Assembly: GCA_965242865.1 (NCBI GenBank)
Contig: CBDETK010000013.1
Span: 5,088,001 to 5,152,000, forward strand
Direction of reading: 5' to 3'
DNA from: Candidatus Latescibacterota bacterium
Lineage (GTDB): Bacteria > Latescibacterota > UBA2968 > UBA8231
DNA: 64,000 nucleotides
The position numbers were made by a program, and so were the translations under genes. Below, piece after piece: positions 44,744 through 55,897 of the stretch (position 1 is its first letter; each line of letters starts with the position of its first letter). The notes below the pieces were generated by a model, which saw nothing but the letters and a program-made list of their open reading frames with translations, ran no database searches and was not told the origin of the DNA.

Positions 44744-46999
44744 TCAGGGCTGCTCGACAAAGCGGTGGAAGCGGTCGATTTCCAAGTCGGCATGCACTTG
44801 CTGCGCGCCGGAGGGCCAGCGGATTTCGAGGGTGTCAACGCGGGTGCGCGCCCCCAAGCCGAGGGCTGGTGCCAAGCTGTTGGACGACCCAAAGCCCGGA
44901 CCGCTGCTGACTTCGGCGACCCCGAGCAAATCTTGGGCGCGCCACCGCAACTGCGCGCCAATGGCTTGCGGACCCAAATCCACCCCGAGGAAGTGGTTGG
45001 GGTGGCCCTCGTTGCGGTACAGGCTGTTGGCCCACAGGTCGCCGGGGTAGTGGCCGCCGACCGCTGTATAGAGGTCGAGGTCGCCGTCGAGGTCGTAGTC
45101 GGCAAACCCCGCGCCGTGCCCCTTGCCCGGATTGCCCACGCCGGCCGCGACCGTGACGTCGGCAAAGCGGTCGCCGCGGTTGTGGAACAGCGCGTTAGGC
45201 TCAAAGCGCGTCATTAAGGGGCCGCCGTTGGTCAGGTAGAGGTCGATCTGGCCGTCGTAATCTACGTCGCCATAGCCCGCGCCCATTGAGCCAAAGGAGC
45301 GGGCCAGCCCCTGCTGCTGGGCGATGTCGCGGAAGGTGGCCCCGTCGTTGCGGTACAAATAGGCCCGGGTCGGCCGCAAGGCCAGCCCGGTGACCTGCGA
45401 CTGCACGATGTCTTCGTAGAAGTTCATGGCCGAGACGAACAGGTCGCGGTCGCCGTCGCCATCGCTGTCGATAAAAAACCCCACGTAGCTGCCCTCGCCC
45501 GGTTTGCCCACGCCGGCCGCGGCCGTGACGTCGCGGAAGGTGGCCCCGTCGTTGCGGTAGAGGCGGTTGGGGGCGGCCACGTCAATGGCGTAGAGGTCGC
45601 TGTCGCCATCGTGGTCGTAGTCGCCGCAGGTCACGCCGAGGGTTTTGCCGCGATAGGCCACGCCGGCGCGTGCGCCGCGGTCGGCAAAAGTGCCGTCGCC
45701 TTGGTTGTGGTACAGGCGATTGGGCCGCCCGCTGCCGGTGATGCCCGAGGCCACGTACAGGTCCGGCAGACCGTCGTTGTCGTAGTCGGTCCAGACGGCC
45801 ATGAAGCTGTCGTCGGCGCCGGCGACTCCGGCTTGGGGCGCGACCTCGGCAAAGGTCCCGTCGCCTCGATTGCGGTAGAGCGAATTGGGCGCGCGGCCCT
45901 CCCAAGCCTCGCGGGTGGCAAAGAGGTCCGGGTAGCCATCGCCGTCGTAGTCTGCGGCAATGGCCGCCCAGCCGCCGCGCGGGTCTGCGAGATCCGCGGC
46001 GGCCGACACATCGGCAAAGCGGCCCTCGCCGTCGTTGCGGTAGAGCGCGTGTGGGGCTTGGATGCCCGCGGCAAACAGGTCGGGGTCGCCGTCGCGGTCG
46101 TAGTCGAGCCACGCCACGCCGCGCCCCCGGTCGCGCTTGCCCACGCCGGTTGTTGCGGCCACATCGGTAAAGCGCACGGGCGACGCCTCGGCCAGCGGTG
46201 CCAAGCCAATCTGATAGGCCGGTTCGAGATCGCCCGGGTACGCGCCGTAAGCCTCGATGTAGGCCAGTCGCAGATTCCACTGGCGCACGGTGCGCTGGGG
46301 CGAGGCTGGCGGCAGGACATCGATGGCGCGCTTGTACGCGGCCACGGCCTCGGGATATTGGCGCAAGTGGTGGTGGGCCGCGCCCAACAGGAAGGATAGG
46401 TACACGTCGGTTGGCCGCTCGGCGAGCAAGCGGTCGAAGCGGTCGGCCGCGCCGGCAAAATCGCCCAAGCGCAAGAGCGAGGCCGCCTTGCCCGCCCGCG
46501 CTCGGTAGTGCTTGGGATCGACCGCGAGGATGGCTTCGTACTGGGCGAGGGCCCCCGCGGCGTCGGGTTGGTCTTGGGTCATCAGGAGGTCCGCGTACGC
46601 CATGCAGGCGACCGCGTTGCCCGGGAAGGCCGCCACGAGGGCGTCAAAAAGGGCGCGGGCCTCGGCTGGACGCCCGAGTTTGTCGAGGGTTTGGGCCAAC
46701 TGCAACCGGGCCTCCATGCGCTCGGGCGCGAGCTGTTGGGCGCGGGCGAGCGGCGCCAGGGCGCGTTGGTAGCGCCGTTGCCGCAGGTAGATTTCCCCCA
46801 GCGCGAGCGCGGCCTCGTAGTGCAGGGTATCGCGCCGGACGAGTGCTTCGAGGACGTGGGCGGCTGAGTCCAACCGGCCGGCCGCTCGGTGTTGGAGGGC
46901 CTGTTCGTAGCGTTGCGCGCTCTGCGCGGGAAGGGGCGGCTCAGAGGCACAGCCCACCAAGGCAGCGAGCGCGAGACCTAGGCTTGGCAGTGGATACAT
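44744..46999 (-). CDS. TPR + FG-GAP/VCBS + ASPIC/UnbV (CRTAC1-like) lipoprotein
   Basis: LVGC lipobox, TPRs, repeated DYD.DG..DL / LYRN.G.G.F.DV, C-terminal IGA...GLG....DTLEIRWPSG. Confidence 0.9.
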   Translation of the reverse strand: MYPLPSLGLALAALVGCASEPPLPAQSAQRYEQALQHRAAGRLDSAAHVLEALVRRDTLHYEAALALGEIYLRQRRYQRALAPLARAQQLAPERMEARLQLAQTLDKLGRPAEARALFDALVAAFPGNAVACMAYADLLMTQDQPDAAGALAQYEAILAVDPKHYRARAGKAASLLRLGDFAGAADRFDRLLAERPTDVYLSFLLGAAHHHLRQYPEAVAAYKRAIDVLPPASPQRTVRQWNLRLAYIEAYGAYPGDLEPAYQIGLAPLAEASPVRFTDVAATTGVGKRDRGRGVAWLDYDRDGDPDLFAAGIQAPHALYRNDGEGRFADVSAAADLADPRGGWAAIAADYDGDGYPDLFATREAWEGRAPNSLYRNRGDGTFAEVAPQAGVAGADDSFMAVWTDYDNDGLPDLYVASGITGSGRPNRLYHNQGDGTFADRGARAGVAYRGKTLGVTCGDYDHDGDSDLYAIDVAAPNRLYRNDGATFRDVTAAAGVGKPGEGSYVGFFIDSDGDGDRDLFVSAMNFYEDIVQSQVTGLALRPTRAYLYRNDGATFRDIAQQQGLARSFGSMGAGYGDVDYDGQIDLYLTNGGPLMTRFEPNALFHNRGDRFADVTVAAGVGNPGKGHGAGFADYDLDGDLDLYTAVGGHYPGDLWANSLYRNEGHPNHFLGVDLGPQAIGAQLRWRAQDLLGVAEVSSGPGFGSSNSLAPALGLGARTRVDTLEIRWPSGAQQVHADLEIDRFHRFVEQP

Positions 47000-47111
47000 G
47001 TTGCAGCGCATAGTGTACGAATTGAGCGGGGCGTTGGCGAGAGGCGGTTGATTCACCGCGTGTTGTGCGCTATACTGTTGCCGAATGAAAAACTCTGCGG
47101 AGGTACGCGCG

Positions 47112-47564
47112 ATGAAACAATGGACGTGGCTGGCCCTCGCCAGCCTTTTGACGGTCTGGAGCTGCGGCTCGGAGGAAGCCGTTCAATCGACGCCCGATTA
47201 CGCCGAGGCTTGGGTCGGCGAATACGAAGGCACCGGGGATTTTGCCCTGTCCAACGGCGTCAGCGGGCAGGATCGCCCGGTTTCACTGAGCATTGTGCGG
47301 GTTTCCCCCAAGCAGATCACCGTGGTTGCCCGATTGGTCTATGGCGAGGGCCGCAACGATTTCACCCAAACAATCGACATTCTCCAGCCCGACGATCCCG
47401 AGCAAATTACCTTGGAGGCGCGCTACCTCAATGCCAAGACGGTCTATGCCCTCACCAAAGAAGGCGACGCGATCACCGGCTCCATCGCCAAGAGTTCGCT
47501 GCGGCTCGGAGGAACTTGGGGCCAAGATCAGATCATGACCGCGCTGGCGGTCGTCCGGCAGTAG
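47112..47564 (+). CDS. Hypothetical lipoprotein
   Basis: MKQWTWLALASLLTVWSC lipobox; SD GGAGG. Confidence 0.75.
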   Translation: MKQWTWLALASLLTVWSCGSEEAVQSTPDYAEAWVGEYEGTGDFALSNGVSGQDRPVSLSIVRVSPKQITVVARLVYGEGRNDFTQTIDILQPDDPEQITLEARYLNAKTVYALTKEGDAITGSIAKSSLRLGGTWGQDQIMTALAVVRQ

Positions 47565-47593
47565 TGCTCTCCGCCCCCCCCCACCGCAAATAA

Positions 47594-48820
47594 GTGTCGC
47601 GTCGTCTCTTTTACATCGGAGCCGCCGCGCTGGCGCTGGCCCTCGGCTTGGGCGGCTCGCACTGGTACGCGCAATACCGGGCCACGGCCGCGCAAAAAGC
47701 CGTTGAGCAAGGCGACCGCTTGCGCGCCCAAGGCCAGATGGACGAAGCAGCCGGCCACTACGAGCAGGCCGTTGAGCTCGCGCCAGACCTCGCCCAAGCC
47801 CATAGCAATCTAGGCGTGACCCAAGCGGCACTAGAACGCTTTGACGCCGCGATCCCCCACTTTGAACAGGCACTGACGCTGGCCCCAGCGCACTTTGAGG
47901 CGCGGATTGGCTTGGCGGTTTCGCTCGACGGGTTGGGCCGTTTTTTAGCGGCCGAGAAAAGCTATAAGCAGGCCCTCGCGCTGCGGCCCGACTTTGGAGC
48001 GGTGTACTACAACCTCGGCTATCTCTACCAGCAACAGGGCCTGTACGCCGAGGCCGCTGCTCAGTACGAAGAAGCCGTGCGCTTGGAGCCGACCTTTCTG
48101 CAAGCCCGGGCCAATTTGGGCTGGGTCTATCACCGGCAGCACCGCCCGGGCGAGGCCATTGCCGAGTATCAGCGCGCCCTCGCAGACCACCCGGACGAAG
48201 GGCTGGTACACGCGCGCTTGGGCGAGAGCTACATGGCCTTGAGCCAATACGAGGAAGCGCGGGCGGCCTATCGGCGAGCGATGGAACTCGGCGTTGAGAA
48301 GGCCAGCGCGTTTTACGACCTCGGCGTTATCAGCGAGCAGGAAGGCCAGCTCGAAGCGGCGCGGAGTTACTTTCATCAAGCCCTGCTCAAGGACGCGGCC
48401 CACGCCGGTTCCTATCACCGCTTAGGCGCGGTGACGGCCAAGCTGGGACACGAGGAACAGGCCGCTACTTATTACTTGGAGGCCATAAAGCGCGACCCCG
48501 GCCACGCGGGCGCTCACTACAGCTTGGCCCAGCTTTACCTCAAGCAGGGCCGCAGCAACGAGGGCCGCGAGCTGATGGGGGTCTTTGCCAAGCTCAAGGA
48601 ATACGAGGGCCGGCTCGCCAGCCTCAAACGGGCTGTGAGTCGGTCGCCGCGCTCCCCGGAGGCCGCGTACAACGTGGGGCTGCTTCACTTAGAGTTTGGG
48701 TACGTCAACAAGGCGGCCGCGGCCTTTGAGCAGCTCCTCAAACTCCACCCCGAATTCTCGGCCGCGCAGGAGCGGCTCGCCGAAATCGAGCGGGTGCGGG
48801 CCGCGCATCGCGCAGGTTGA
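47594..48820 (+). CDS. TPR repeat protein with N-terminal membrane anchor
   Basis: About 10 TPRs (AHSNLG, YYNLG, ARANLG, FYDLG...). Confidence 0.9.
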   Translation: MSRRLFYIGAAALALALGLGGSHWYAQYRATAAQKAVEQGDRLRAQGQMDEAAGHYEQAVELAPDLAQAHSNLGVTQAALERFDAAIPHFEQALTLAPAHFEARIGLAVSLDGLGRFLAAEKSYKQALALRPDFGAVYYNLGYLYQQQGLYAEAAAQYEEAVRLEPTFLQARANLGWVYHRQHRPGEAIAEYQRALADHPDEGLVHARLGESYMALSQYEEARAAYRRAMELGVEKASAFYDLGVISEQEGQLEAARSYFHQALLKDAAHAGSYHRLGAVTAKLGHEEQAATYYLEAIKRDPGHAGAHYSLAQLYLKQGRSNEGRELMGVFAKLKEYEGRLASLKRAVSRSPRSPEAAYNVGLLHLEFGYVNKAAAAFEQLLKLHPEFSAAQERLAEIERVRAAHRAG

Positions 48821-48948
48821 GCGGTCTGCTCCGCAAATCCTACCTTGGGGCGTGTTGAACAAGCCGTAGAGCTGGTCGCCGTCCTTCCCGCTCGGCTCCT
48901 CAGCCCGTCGTCTCAACCCATGCAAGCCGGGCAGGTGAATCTCCACGC

Positions 48949-49583
48949 CTACCGAATACCCAGCGCGATGCCCTCTGGATTAGTCAATCCTGTGACGCGG
49001 TCTTGGACGTTTGAGTTTAAGCCATCCATATCGGCCCACTGAATTTTACCCGTGCCCCGGTCCGCCCAGTACATCTTTCTGTTCACCAAATCCAGCGCGA
49101 TACCCGATGGATCACCCAATCCTGTGACGAGGTATTCGGGGTTTTGGCCATCCAGATCGGCCCGCCGAATCTTATTCGTGGCATAGTTCGTCCAGTACAT
49201 CTTTTCGCCATCCAGCGCGATGCCGATGCCCGATGGACCAATCGTTCCTAGAGCGCGGCGGTCTTGGACGTTTGAGTTTAAGTCATCCATATCGGCCCAC
49301 TGAATCTTATCACTGCCCCAGTTCGTCCAGTACATCTTTCTGTTCACCAAATCCAGCGCGATGCCCTCTGGATCACCCAATGCCGTGACGCGTTGGCCAT
49401 CTAGGTCGGCCCTCCGAATCTTATCATTGCTCCAGTCTGTCCAGTACATCTTTCTGTTCACCAAATCCAGCGCGATGCCCTCTGGCGCCGGCGTCGATCC
49501 CGTGGGGAGGTCCTCGACGTTTGAGTTTAAGCCATCCATATCGGCCCGCTGAATCTTATCCGTGGTCCAGTCCGTCCAGTATA
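48949..49583 (-). pseudogene. YWTD beta-propeller module, 5' end removed at the IS982 boundary
   Basis: Repeated GIALDLVNRKMYWTD; the reading frame (IYWTD) abuts the IS inverted repeat at 49584. Confidence 0.85.
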
Positions 49584-50473
49584 TAACTAATGGTGCTAGT
49601 ATGTTGACCGTGGTCCCGGTAGTTCCTACGCTGAGGGTATCTCACCTTTCAGCCCCGGAGCGTCCTGATGACCACGGCCGAGTTTATAATAGCCCTATTC
49701 TACCGTATTGACAATCAGATGCTTGATGTGCGCAAACATCCGCAAGCGTCCTTATATCCGAGTGAGGTCGTCACCTTAGGGGTGTTGTATGCGCTCAAAG
49801 GCGGGGGTAAACGGGCATTTTACCACGGGCTGGTGCGGGACTGGCAGGCTTGGTTCCCGCGCCTACCATCGCGCACCCGCTTGTTTCGCTTATTCGCCGC
49901 TCATGCCGAGTGGACCGACCGCTTCCGCGCCGCGCCGACGACCTTGGGAGTGGTCGACAGCTATGGCATTGAGTTGCGCCATCCGGTGCGTCAAGGCCGG
50001 GCGCAGCACGCCATTGGGAAGAAAGGGCTCTCCAATCACCGTTGGATCGTCGGCGGTAAGCTATGGATGATCGTCAATCAGTGGGGGCGGATCGTTGATT
50101 GGGATTGGAATACAGCATAAGTCCACGATACGGTCTTTCATCCGATGATCCGACGCTTCCAACAGCAGATGATCCTCTTCAGCGACCCAGGCTTTCATGC
50201 CCAAGCCGGTAATCCGGCCAACCTGAAAGTCTGTCCTCGCAACACGTGGAACGAGCGGATGCTCATTGAGACCGTCTTTTCTATGCTCACCCGAACCCGC
50301 CGCTTTAAGCAGCAGACCCATCGAGCGTGGGCGTATTTCACCGCCCATCTCCGCTTCGCCATGGCCGCCTTCAACCTGCTGGTGCAGTGGCATGGATTCC
50401 AACCCGATGAAAACGGATTCGTCCCATTGTCTATTGCCGAGTTCGGATTGTAAAACACTAGCACCATTAGTTA
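49584..50473 (+). mobile_element. IS982-family element; transposase 49668..50453 has an internal stop at 50118..50120
   Basis: Perfect 17-bp inverted repeats TAACTAATGGTGCTAGT; LYPSEVVTLG, VVDSYGIEL, TA*VHD, RMLIETVFS. Confidence 0.88.
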
Positions 50474-50519
50474 GTAACTTCGCCAAGTCGTCGCCCGATA
50501 GGTCGCGGGGCAGTCTCAT
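50474..50519 (-). pseudogene. HicA-like toxin, N-terminal fragment cut by IS982
   Basis: MRLPRDLSGDDLAKLL, overlapping the stop of the HicB-like gene (ATGA). Confidence 0.7.
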
Positions 50520-50728
50520 ACGGCAATGGCTTCTTCCTTGACGAGATGCAGCCGGATGACTTGGGGCGCACAGCCCTCGTCGAAATGGCAGAGTACGGCG
50601 TCTTTCGCCATGGCCTTCAGCTCGGCCCAATCCCGGCCCTGCGTAAAAATGCTATGGCCCAACGCCTTGGCGTCATAGCCGCCTTCGGTCGCCTCGGTTA
50701 CTGCAAAAATAATTTCGCTTGATTTCAT
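50516..50728 (-). CDS. HicB-like antitoxin (short form)
   Basis: EIIF.V.E..EGGY.A.ALG.SIFTQG.....L....DAV.CHF. Confidence 0.8.
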   Translation of the reverse strand: MKSSEIIFAVTEATEGGYDAKALGHSIFTQGRDWAELKAMAKDAVLCHFDEGCAPQVIRLHLVKEEAIAV

Positions 50729-50819
50729 TATGGGGTCTCCAGTTGGTGAGTTTGGCTCAAGCCTGAACTTGATTTAGGGGTTCGCCTAAAAACCCTGAAC
50801 GAAGGCTGTATCCCGGTCG

Positions 50820-52694
50820 TCACGGGGTGCGGGCGTGTAGGAAGACCATGAGCGAAGAGAGATCGGCGGGTGAGACCCCGGAAATGCGCGACGCCTGTCC
50901 TAAGGTCTGCGGGCGAATCGCCGCCAGCTTTTGGCGCGCTTCGGTCGAAATGTTCAGGCCGGGAGCGGCGAAGTCGAAATCGGCCGGCAGGCGCAGGGCT
51001 TCGAGGCGCTTGAGCTTTTGCGCCTGGGCTTCTTGGCGCTTGATGTACCCGGCGTATTTGATCTCGGCTTCGACGTGTTCGGCCACGCCCGGGGCGAGCG
51101 GCTCGGCGGGCGGCGCAAATTCGCAGAGGTGGGCGTAGTTGAGCTGGGGGCGGCGCAGCAACTCGGCCAGCGAGGTTGATTCGGCGATGGGAGCAGTGCC
51201 CTGCCGCGCCAAGACCTCTCGCACCTTTTCGGTCGGTTTGACGCGCTCGTGCTGCAAGCGGGTGCGCTCGGCTTCGACCTGTTGCTGCTTGGTCTGGAAC
51301 CGACGCCACAGGTCGTCGCCGATCAACCCCAGCGCCCGGCCCTTGGCCATCAGCCGATCGTCGGCGTTGTCCTCGCGCAAGAGCAGGCGGTGCTCGGCGC
51401 GCGAGGTAAAGATGCGGTACGGCTCGAGCGTACCTTTGGTCACCAAGTCGTCAATGAGTACGCCGATGTAAGCATCCGCGCGCGTGAGGACCAGCGGGTC
51501 GTCGCCACGCGCCTTGAGCACGGCGTTGATGCCAGCCATAATCCCTTGGGCCGCGGCCTCTTCGTAGCCGGTGGTGCCATTGATCTGACCGGCAAAGAAG
51601 AGGTTGACCACGCGCTTGGTCTCTAGGTGCGGGTAGAGTTGGGTCGGCGGGGCGTAATCGTATTCGACCGCGTAGGCCGGGCGCATGATCTCGGCCCGTT
51701 CGAGCCCGGGCAGGGAGCGCACGATCTGGGGTTGCAGGGCCTCCGGCAGGCTCATCGACAGGCCGTTGAGATAAAACTCGAGGGTGCGACGCCCCTCGGG
51801 CTCGACGAACACTTGGTGCCGCTCCTTGTCGGCAAAGCGCGCAATTTTGTCCTCTATGGAAGGGCAGTAGCGCGGGCCAATGCCTTCGATGCGCCCGCTG
51901 TACATGGCCGATTGCGCCAAGTTGGCTTGGACGATCTCGTGGGTGTGGGCATTGGTGTACGTGATCCAGCAGGGCATTTGCGGCTGGGCGATCTTTTGCA
52001 CCGCGTAGGAAAAGGGGCGCGGGGGGGCATCCCCGGGCTGTTCGTCAAACGCGGCAAAGTCGAGCGTGCGGCCGTTGACGCGAGGAGGGGTGCCCGTTTT
52101 GAGCCGGCCGGTCTCAAAACCGAGCGCGACCAAGCCTTCGGCGGCCTTTTCAGCGGCGGTCTCGCCGGCGCGGCCCGCGCTGTAAGAAAAATCGCCGACG
52201 TGGATCTTGCCGCGCAGAAAGGTGCCGGTCGTGAGAATGACGGTGCGCCCGCGGTAGGCAATGCCGCCCTTGACGCCAACGCCTTGGACAGCTCCATCCT
52301 CGATCAGCAAGCTCTCCATCAGACCTTGGCGGATGTCGAGATGTGCTTGCTGTTCGCAGGTGTACTTCAGCTCAAATTGGTAATCCTTTTTGTCGGCTTG
52401 CGCCCGCGAGGCGCGCACGGCCGGCCCGCGCGAAGTGTTGAGGCGGCGGAATTGAATGCCGGTGCGGTCGATATTGACGGCCATCTGGCCGCCAAGCGCG
52501 TCAATTTCCTTGACGATGTGCCCCTTGCCGATTCCGCCGATAGCCGGGTTGCAGGACAGCTGGCCAATTGTGTCCAAGTTCATGGTCAAAAGCAGGGTCT
52601 CGGCCCCCATGCGCGCTGCGGCGAGCGCGGCCTCCGTGCCGGCGTGGCCCCCGCCGACGACGATGACTTGGTACGCTTTCTCGTAGCAAATCAC
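50820..52694 (-). CDS. mnmG: tRNA uridine-5-carboxymethylaminomethyl(34) synthesis enzyme MnmG (GidA)
   Basis: [50 protein letters not shown]; GTG start overlapping the upstream stop. Confidence 0.97.
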   Translation of the reverse strand: MICYEKAYQVIVVGGGHAGTEAALAAARMGAETLLLTMNLDTIGQLSCNPAIGGIGKGHIVKEIDALGGQMAVNIDRTGIQFRRLNTSRGPAVRASRAQADKKDYQFELKYTCEQQAHLDIRQGLMESLLIEDGAVQGVGVKGGIAYRGRTVILTTGTFLRGKIHVGDFSYSAGRAGETAAEKAAEGLVALGFETGRLKTGTPPRVNGRTLDFAAFDEQPGDAPPRPFSYAVQKIAQPQMPCWITYTNAHTHEIVQANLAQSAMYSGRIEGIGPRYCPSIEDKIARFADKERHQVFVEPEGRRTLEFYLNGLSMSLPEALQPQIVRSLPGLERAEIMRPAYAVEYDYAPPTQLYPHLETKRVVNLFFAGQINGTTGYEEAAAQGIMAGINAVLKARGDDPLVLTRADAYIGVLIDDLVTKGTLEPYRIFTSRAEHRLLLREDNADDRLMAKGRALGLIGDDLWRRFQTKQQQVEAERTRLQHERVKPTEKVREVLARQGTAPIAESTSLAELLRRPQLNYAHLCEFAPPAEPLAPGVAEHVEAEIKYAGYIKRQEAQAQKLKRLEALRLPADFDFAAPGLNISTEARQKLAAIRPQTLGQASRISGVSPADLSSLMVFLHARTP

Positions 52695-52972
52695 GATTGT
52701 TTGTACTCGGTGAGGACGCGGTCGCCTTCCTCTTGGGTTTCGCGCAAGATCGTTTGTAGCACGGCTTCGGGGTCGCCGGGGCGCTCTTGCTTGGCGGACC
52801 AGTGCCACTGGTCCAAGTAGGCGTCAGTGCCCACGAGCCCCTCCTGCATGGCGATGCGGTCGATTGCGAGTTGGAAGCGAGCGGGCAGGGCATGCGCGCT
52901 CGGCCGGCGGCCGACAAAGAGCTTGATTTGCGCGGGAATGTCGCGCCAGTAGAGGACTTGGTATTGAATCAC
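52691..52972 (-). CDS. 'Virulence factor' family small protein (PF13769-like, often beside split methionine-synthase genes)
   Basis: YWRDIPAQ...[20 protein letters not shown]. Confidence 0.8.
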   Translation of the reverse strand: MIQYQVLYWRDIPAQIKLFVGRRPSAHALPARFQLAIDRIAMQEGLVGTDAYLDQWHWSAKQERPGDPEAVLQTILRETQEEGDRVLTEYKQS

Positions 52973-53958
52973 GAGACGAGTGCTTGGCGAAAGGCGCGGA
53001 TGTGGGCGGGCGTGGTGCCGCAGCAGCCGCCGATGATCTGGACGCCGGCCGCGGCCAAGGCTGGGATGTGCGCGGCCATTTCTTCGGGGCTTTGCGAGTA
53101 GATCGTGCGGAGGGCGCTGTTGAGCCGCGGCATGCCGGCGTTGGGATAGGTCATCAGCTTCTTGTCGAGGCCGCGCTCCTGCATGGCGGCCTTAAACTGG
53201 GCCACGCCGTGGAGGGCATACGGCATGCCGGTGTGCTCGTTGCGCCGGGTTTCGGCGCCGCAGTTGACCCCGACGAGGTGGATGTGGTCGAGCAGGTTGT
53301 CGCCCCCGGAGTATTGGCCCGAGGCGAGTGTGTCCAACAGGTCGGCGGCCGAGTGCCCCCAATCGGTGCGATAGACGATCTGCTTGCTTTTGCGGTCTCG
53401 CGTGTATTTGAGCGCGAGGTTGACGGCAATGGGCCGGCCGGTCTGGCGGGCGATGTCGCAGACCATGGCCGCTTCGACCGCGGAAAACTGGGTCTCAACC
53501 GAAAAAAAATCGACCCCGCCTTCGCAGAGTGCGTCGATGATGCGCTGATGCGCGGCGCGGACCTTGTCGTTGGCAATGCCGAAATCCGTGCTGCCCGCGT
53601 CGGCTTCAATGGCCCCGGGGGAGGGGCCGATGGAACCGGCGATGAAGACATCTCGCTCGCCTTGTTCCCGGGCGCGTTGGGCGAGCTCGGCCCCGCGCCG
53701 GGCCAGCGCACCGGCTTGAGCCGGGTCTTTGCCAGCCATGGCCAAGTGCAGCTCCGAGGCGACAAAGGTGTTGGTGCCAATGCAGTCGGCCCCCGCGGCA
53801 ATGTAGTCGGCGTGAATGGCGACGACGGCCTCTGGGTGGCTTTCGTTGGCGAGGGTGGAGTTGGTCAGTTCGACTTGGCGGGCGAAAAGCTCGGAGCCAA
53901 AGCCGCCGTCGTACAAGAGCGGACGCGGGTCGTTGAGGCGCTGGAGGAAAGGGGACAC
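52969..53958 (-). CDS. Homocysteine S-methyltransferase family protein (stand-alone MetH/BHMT-like domain)
   Basis: YDGGFGSEL, H.DYIAAGAD.I.TNTF, AGSIGP, VGVNC, PNAGMP, IIGGCCGTTPAHI. Confidence 0.9.
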   Translation of the reverse strand: MSPFLQRLNDPRPLLYDGGFGSELFARQVELTNSTLANESHPEAVVAIHADYIAAGADCIGTNTFVASELHLAMAGKDPAQAGALARRGAELAQRAREQGERDVFIAGSIGPSPGAIEADAGSTDFGIANDKVRAAHQRIIDALCEGGVDFFSVETQFSAVEAAMVCDIARQTGRPIAVNLALKYTRDRKSKQIVYRTDWGHSAADLLDTLASGQYSGGDNLLDHIHLVGVNCGAETRRNEHTGMPYALHGVAQFKAAMQERGLDKKLMTYPNAGMPRLNSALRTIYSQSPEEMAAHIPALAAAGVQIIGGCCGTTPAHIRAFRQALVS

Positions 53959-53974
53959 AGGGCTGGTCTCCGTT

Positions 53975-54880
53975 CTAGGACAGGGTGTCGGCGCGGGAGC
54001 CGCTGAACAGCCATTCGAGCAAGCGTGGGCCAAAGTCGGGGGCTAGGTGCGGTACGTGCGCCCCTTGCTCGATGGTCCACAGCTCAATGGTGGCGTGGTT
54101 GCGGCAACCCGTGCGGTAGCGGGTGCGGATCGTCTCGGGGCCGTCGAGATCTTGGTCGAGGTCGAGCGGGGGCAAGGTTTCTGGCTCGGTGAGGTTGCAG
54201 CGGGCGAGCGCGGCCCAGCGCAGCGCGACCTCTTCCGCGCCAGCGTACTCCTGCTCGCCGGTGCTCCCGTCGTAGGCTATGACCCGGTCGGCCGTGCCGT
54301 GGATTTGCAGCACCGAGACCGGGGATGCAAGGGCACAACGCGAGGGGTCGCTAAAGGAGGTGCCGGCGAGGCTGGCAATGGCGACGAGCTTGGGGATGCC
54401 TTCGCAGGCGAGCCGGTACGACATAAAGCCGCCGTTGGAGTGCCCGAGGACGAAGACGCGCTCTACGGCGATATGCGTGGCGGCCTCTTTGAGCAGCCCG
54501 GCAAGGTACTGCACGTCATCGACTTGGGTGTTGTGGAGGTCGCAGCAAAAGTCCGTGGCGTTCCAGAAGCGATGGCCATCGGGATCATGTGTGCCATTGG
54601 CCATAATGAGGGCAAAGCGATCGGCGTTCACCCGCTTTGAGAGGCCAAAATAGCGGTCGTGCTCGGCCAAATGGCTGGTGAAGCCGTGCAGGCTGAGGAC
54701 GAGCGGAATGGGCGTTTTGGGGTCGTGCTCGGCTGGGAGGACTAGGAGGGCCGGGCGTTCGCCGCCCAACGTGTGGACGAGGTTATTTTGGCTCAAATTG
54801 TCGATCAAATCGTTCAGGGGCATTTCGCCGCAAGCGACGAGTATCAGAGACGACAGAGTAGCAAAAATGATTTTTTTCAT
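53975..54880 (-). CDS. PHB depolymerase / LpqC-family esterase lipoprotein
   Basis: LVAC lipobox, PLVLSLHG, FWNA, DDVQYL, GHSNGGFM, QIHGTAD. Confidence 0.88.
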   Translation of the reverse strand: MKKIIFATLSSLILVACGEMPLNDLIDNLSQNNLVHTLGGERPALLVLPAEHDPKTPIPLVLSLHGFTSHLAEHDRYFGLSKRVNADRFALIMANGTHDPDGHRFWNATDFCCDLHNTQVDDVQYLAGLLKEAATHIAVERVFVLGHSNGGFMSYRLACEGIPKLVAIASLAGTSFSDPSRCALASPVSVLQIHGTADRVIAYDGSTGEQEYAGAEEVALRWAALARCNLTEPETLPPLDLDQDLDGPETIRTRYRTGCRNHATIELWTIEQGAHVPHLAPDFGPRLLEWLFSGSRADTLS

Positions 54881-54965
54881 TTTGGCCCTCCTTTTCGTTT
54901 TCGAGCTACAAATTGACGAAGACAAAGGCCCACACGTAGGCGGCGAGTTCGCCCGAAGATCGGTT

Positions 54966-55777
54966 TATTGACCTCTGCATTTTTAATGGAATAGTTTATC
55001 TTCATTTATATGCGACCTATATATGCGACCTAAAGGTAGTGCCGATCGGCTAGCATATCGCCATCCATGGGCGGCTCCGTTGCTTGATGCCGGTCGAGGC
55101 GTCAACGAAGTAGCTCGTCTGGTTCAAGCCGCTCCCTCCTCGGTGTCTCGCTGGAAGGCGATTGGTGGAGTGGCCGCGGAGTAAAAAAAGCCCGGCAAAA
55201 AGGGATGACCATCGTCTGGATCGATCCGAGCGGCTTCAGGCTGCAACCGACCCGTCGTAGGACGTGGGCATTGTCGGGGCACACGCCGGTACACAAGGCG
55301 TGGGGGTGCCCCGATCGCTTGTCGGTCCAAGCCGCCGTTACCTTGCCGCCAAAACGCCAGCGGTTGGGCGTTTATTTTCGGTTGTATGAGCAGAATATCC
55401 ATACGCAGGATGTGGTATCCTTTGTCGGTCATATGATGGGCATGATACGCCGATACGCCGTACGATCGGGCTCATTTTGGATCGGTGGAGTGTGCATCGT
55501 GCGGCGGTGGCGACCCGGCAAAAAAGATACGCGGATTGACCCACCATCGAAAGGTTACCCGCCTATGCACCCGAATTGAACCCGGTCGAACAGGTCTGGA
55601 ATCATACCAAGTATGGGGACTTGGCCAACTTCATCCCCGATCCCATCGAGCACCTAGCCGACGGGGTCATGCCGTCGATGACCGCCCAGCATCACGATAA
55701 CCACCTGATCCGAGGCTTCTTCAAGTACGCTCAACTACCCCTGTAACGTATTCCTTTATTTTTGCAGAACTCAATAA
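54966..55777 (+). mobile_element. IS630-family element, internally deleted and frameshifted
   Basis: Imperfect inverted repeats TATTGACCTCTGCA..GGAATA / TATTGAGTTCTGCA..GGAATA; EVARLV..APSSVSRWK, RRRTWA, PELNPVE. Confidence 0.85.
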
Positions 55778-55897
55778 ACCACTTTTTGTTTATCGGCATA
55801 CACCCTTCCCAAGCCGTCCCAAATGACGCCTCTATGCAAAAAAGACGGAGTCGATGAACATTCCATGCTTGCAAGTCATTTAGGACGGCTATACCAA

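Noticed and set aside
44740-45204. N-terminal extension of the 586-aa TPR ORF
   Set aside because: It overlaps the ASPIC gene in another frame and reads as alternative-frame sequence.
47574-47582. C9 tract as a phase-variation site
   Set aside because: Short, intergenic, in a GC-rich genome, and lacking the dyad or leader context.
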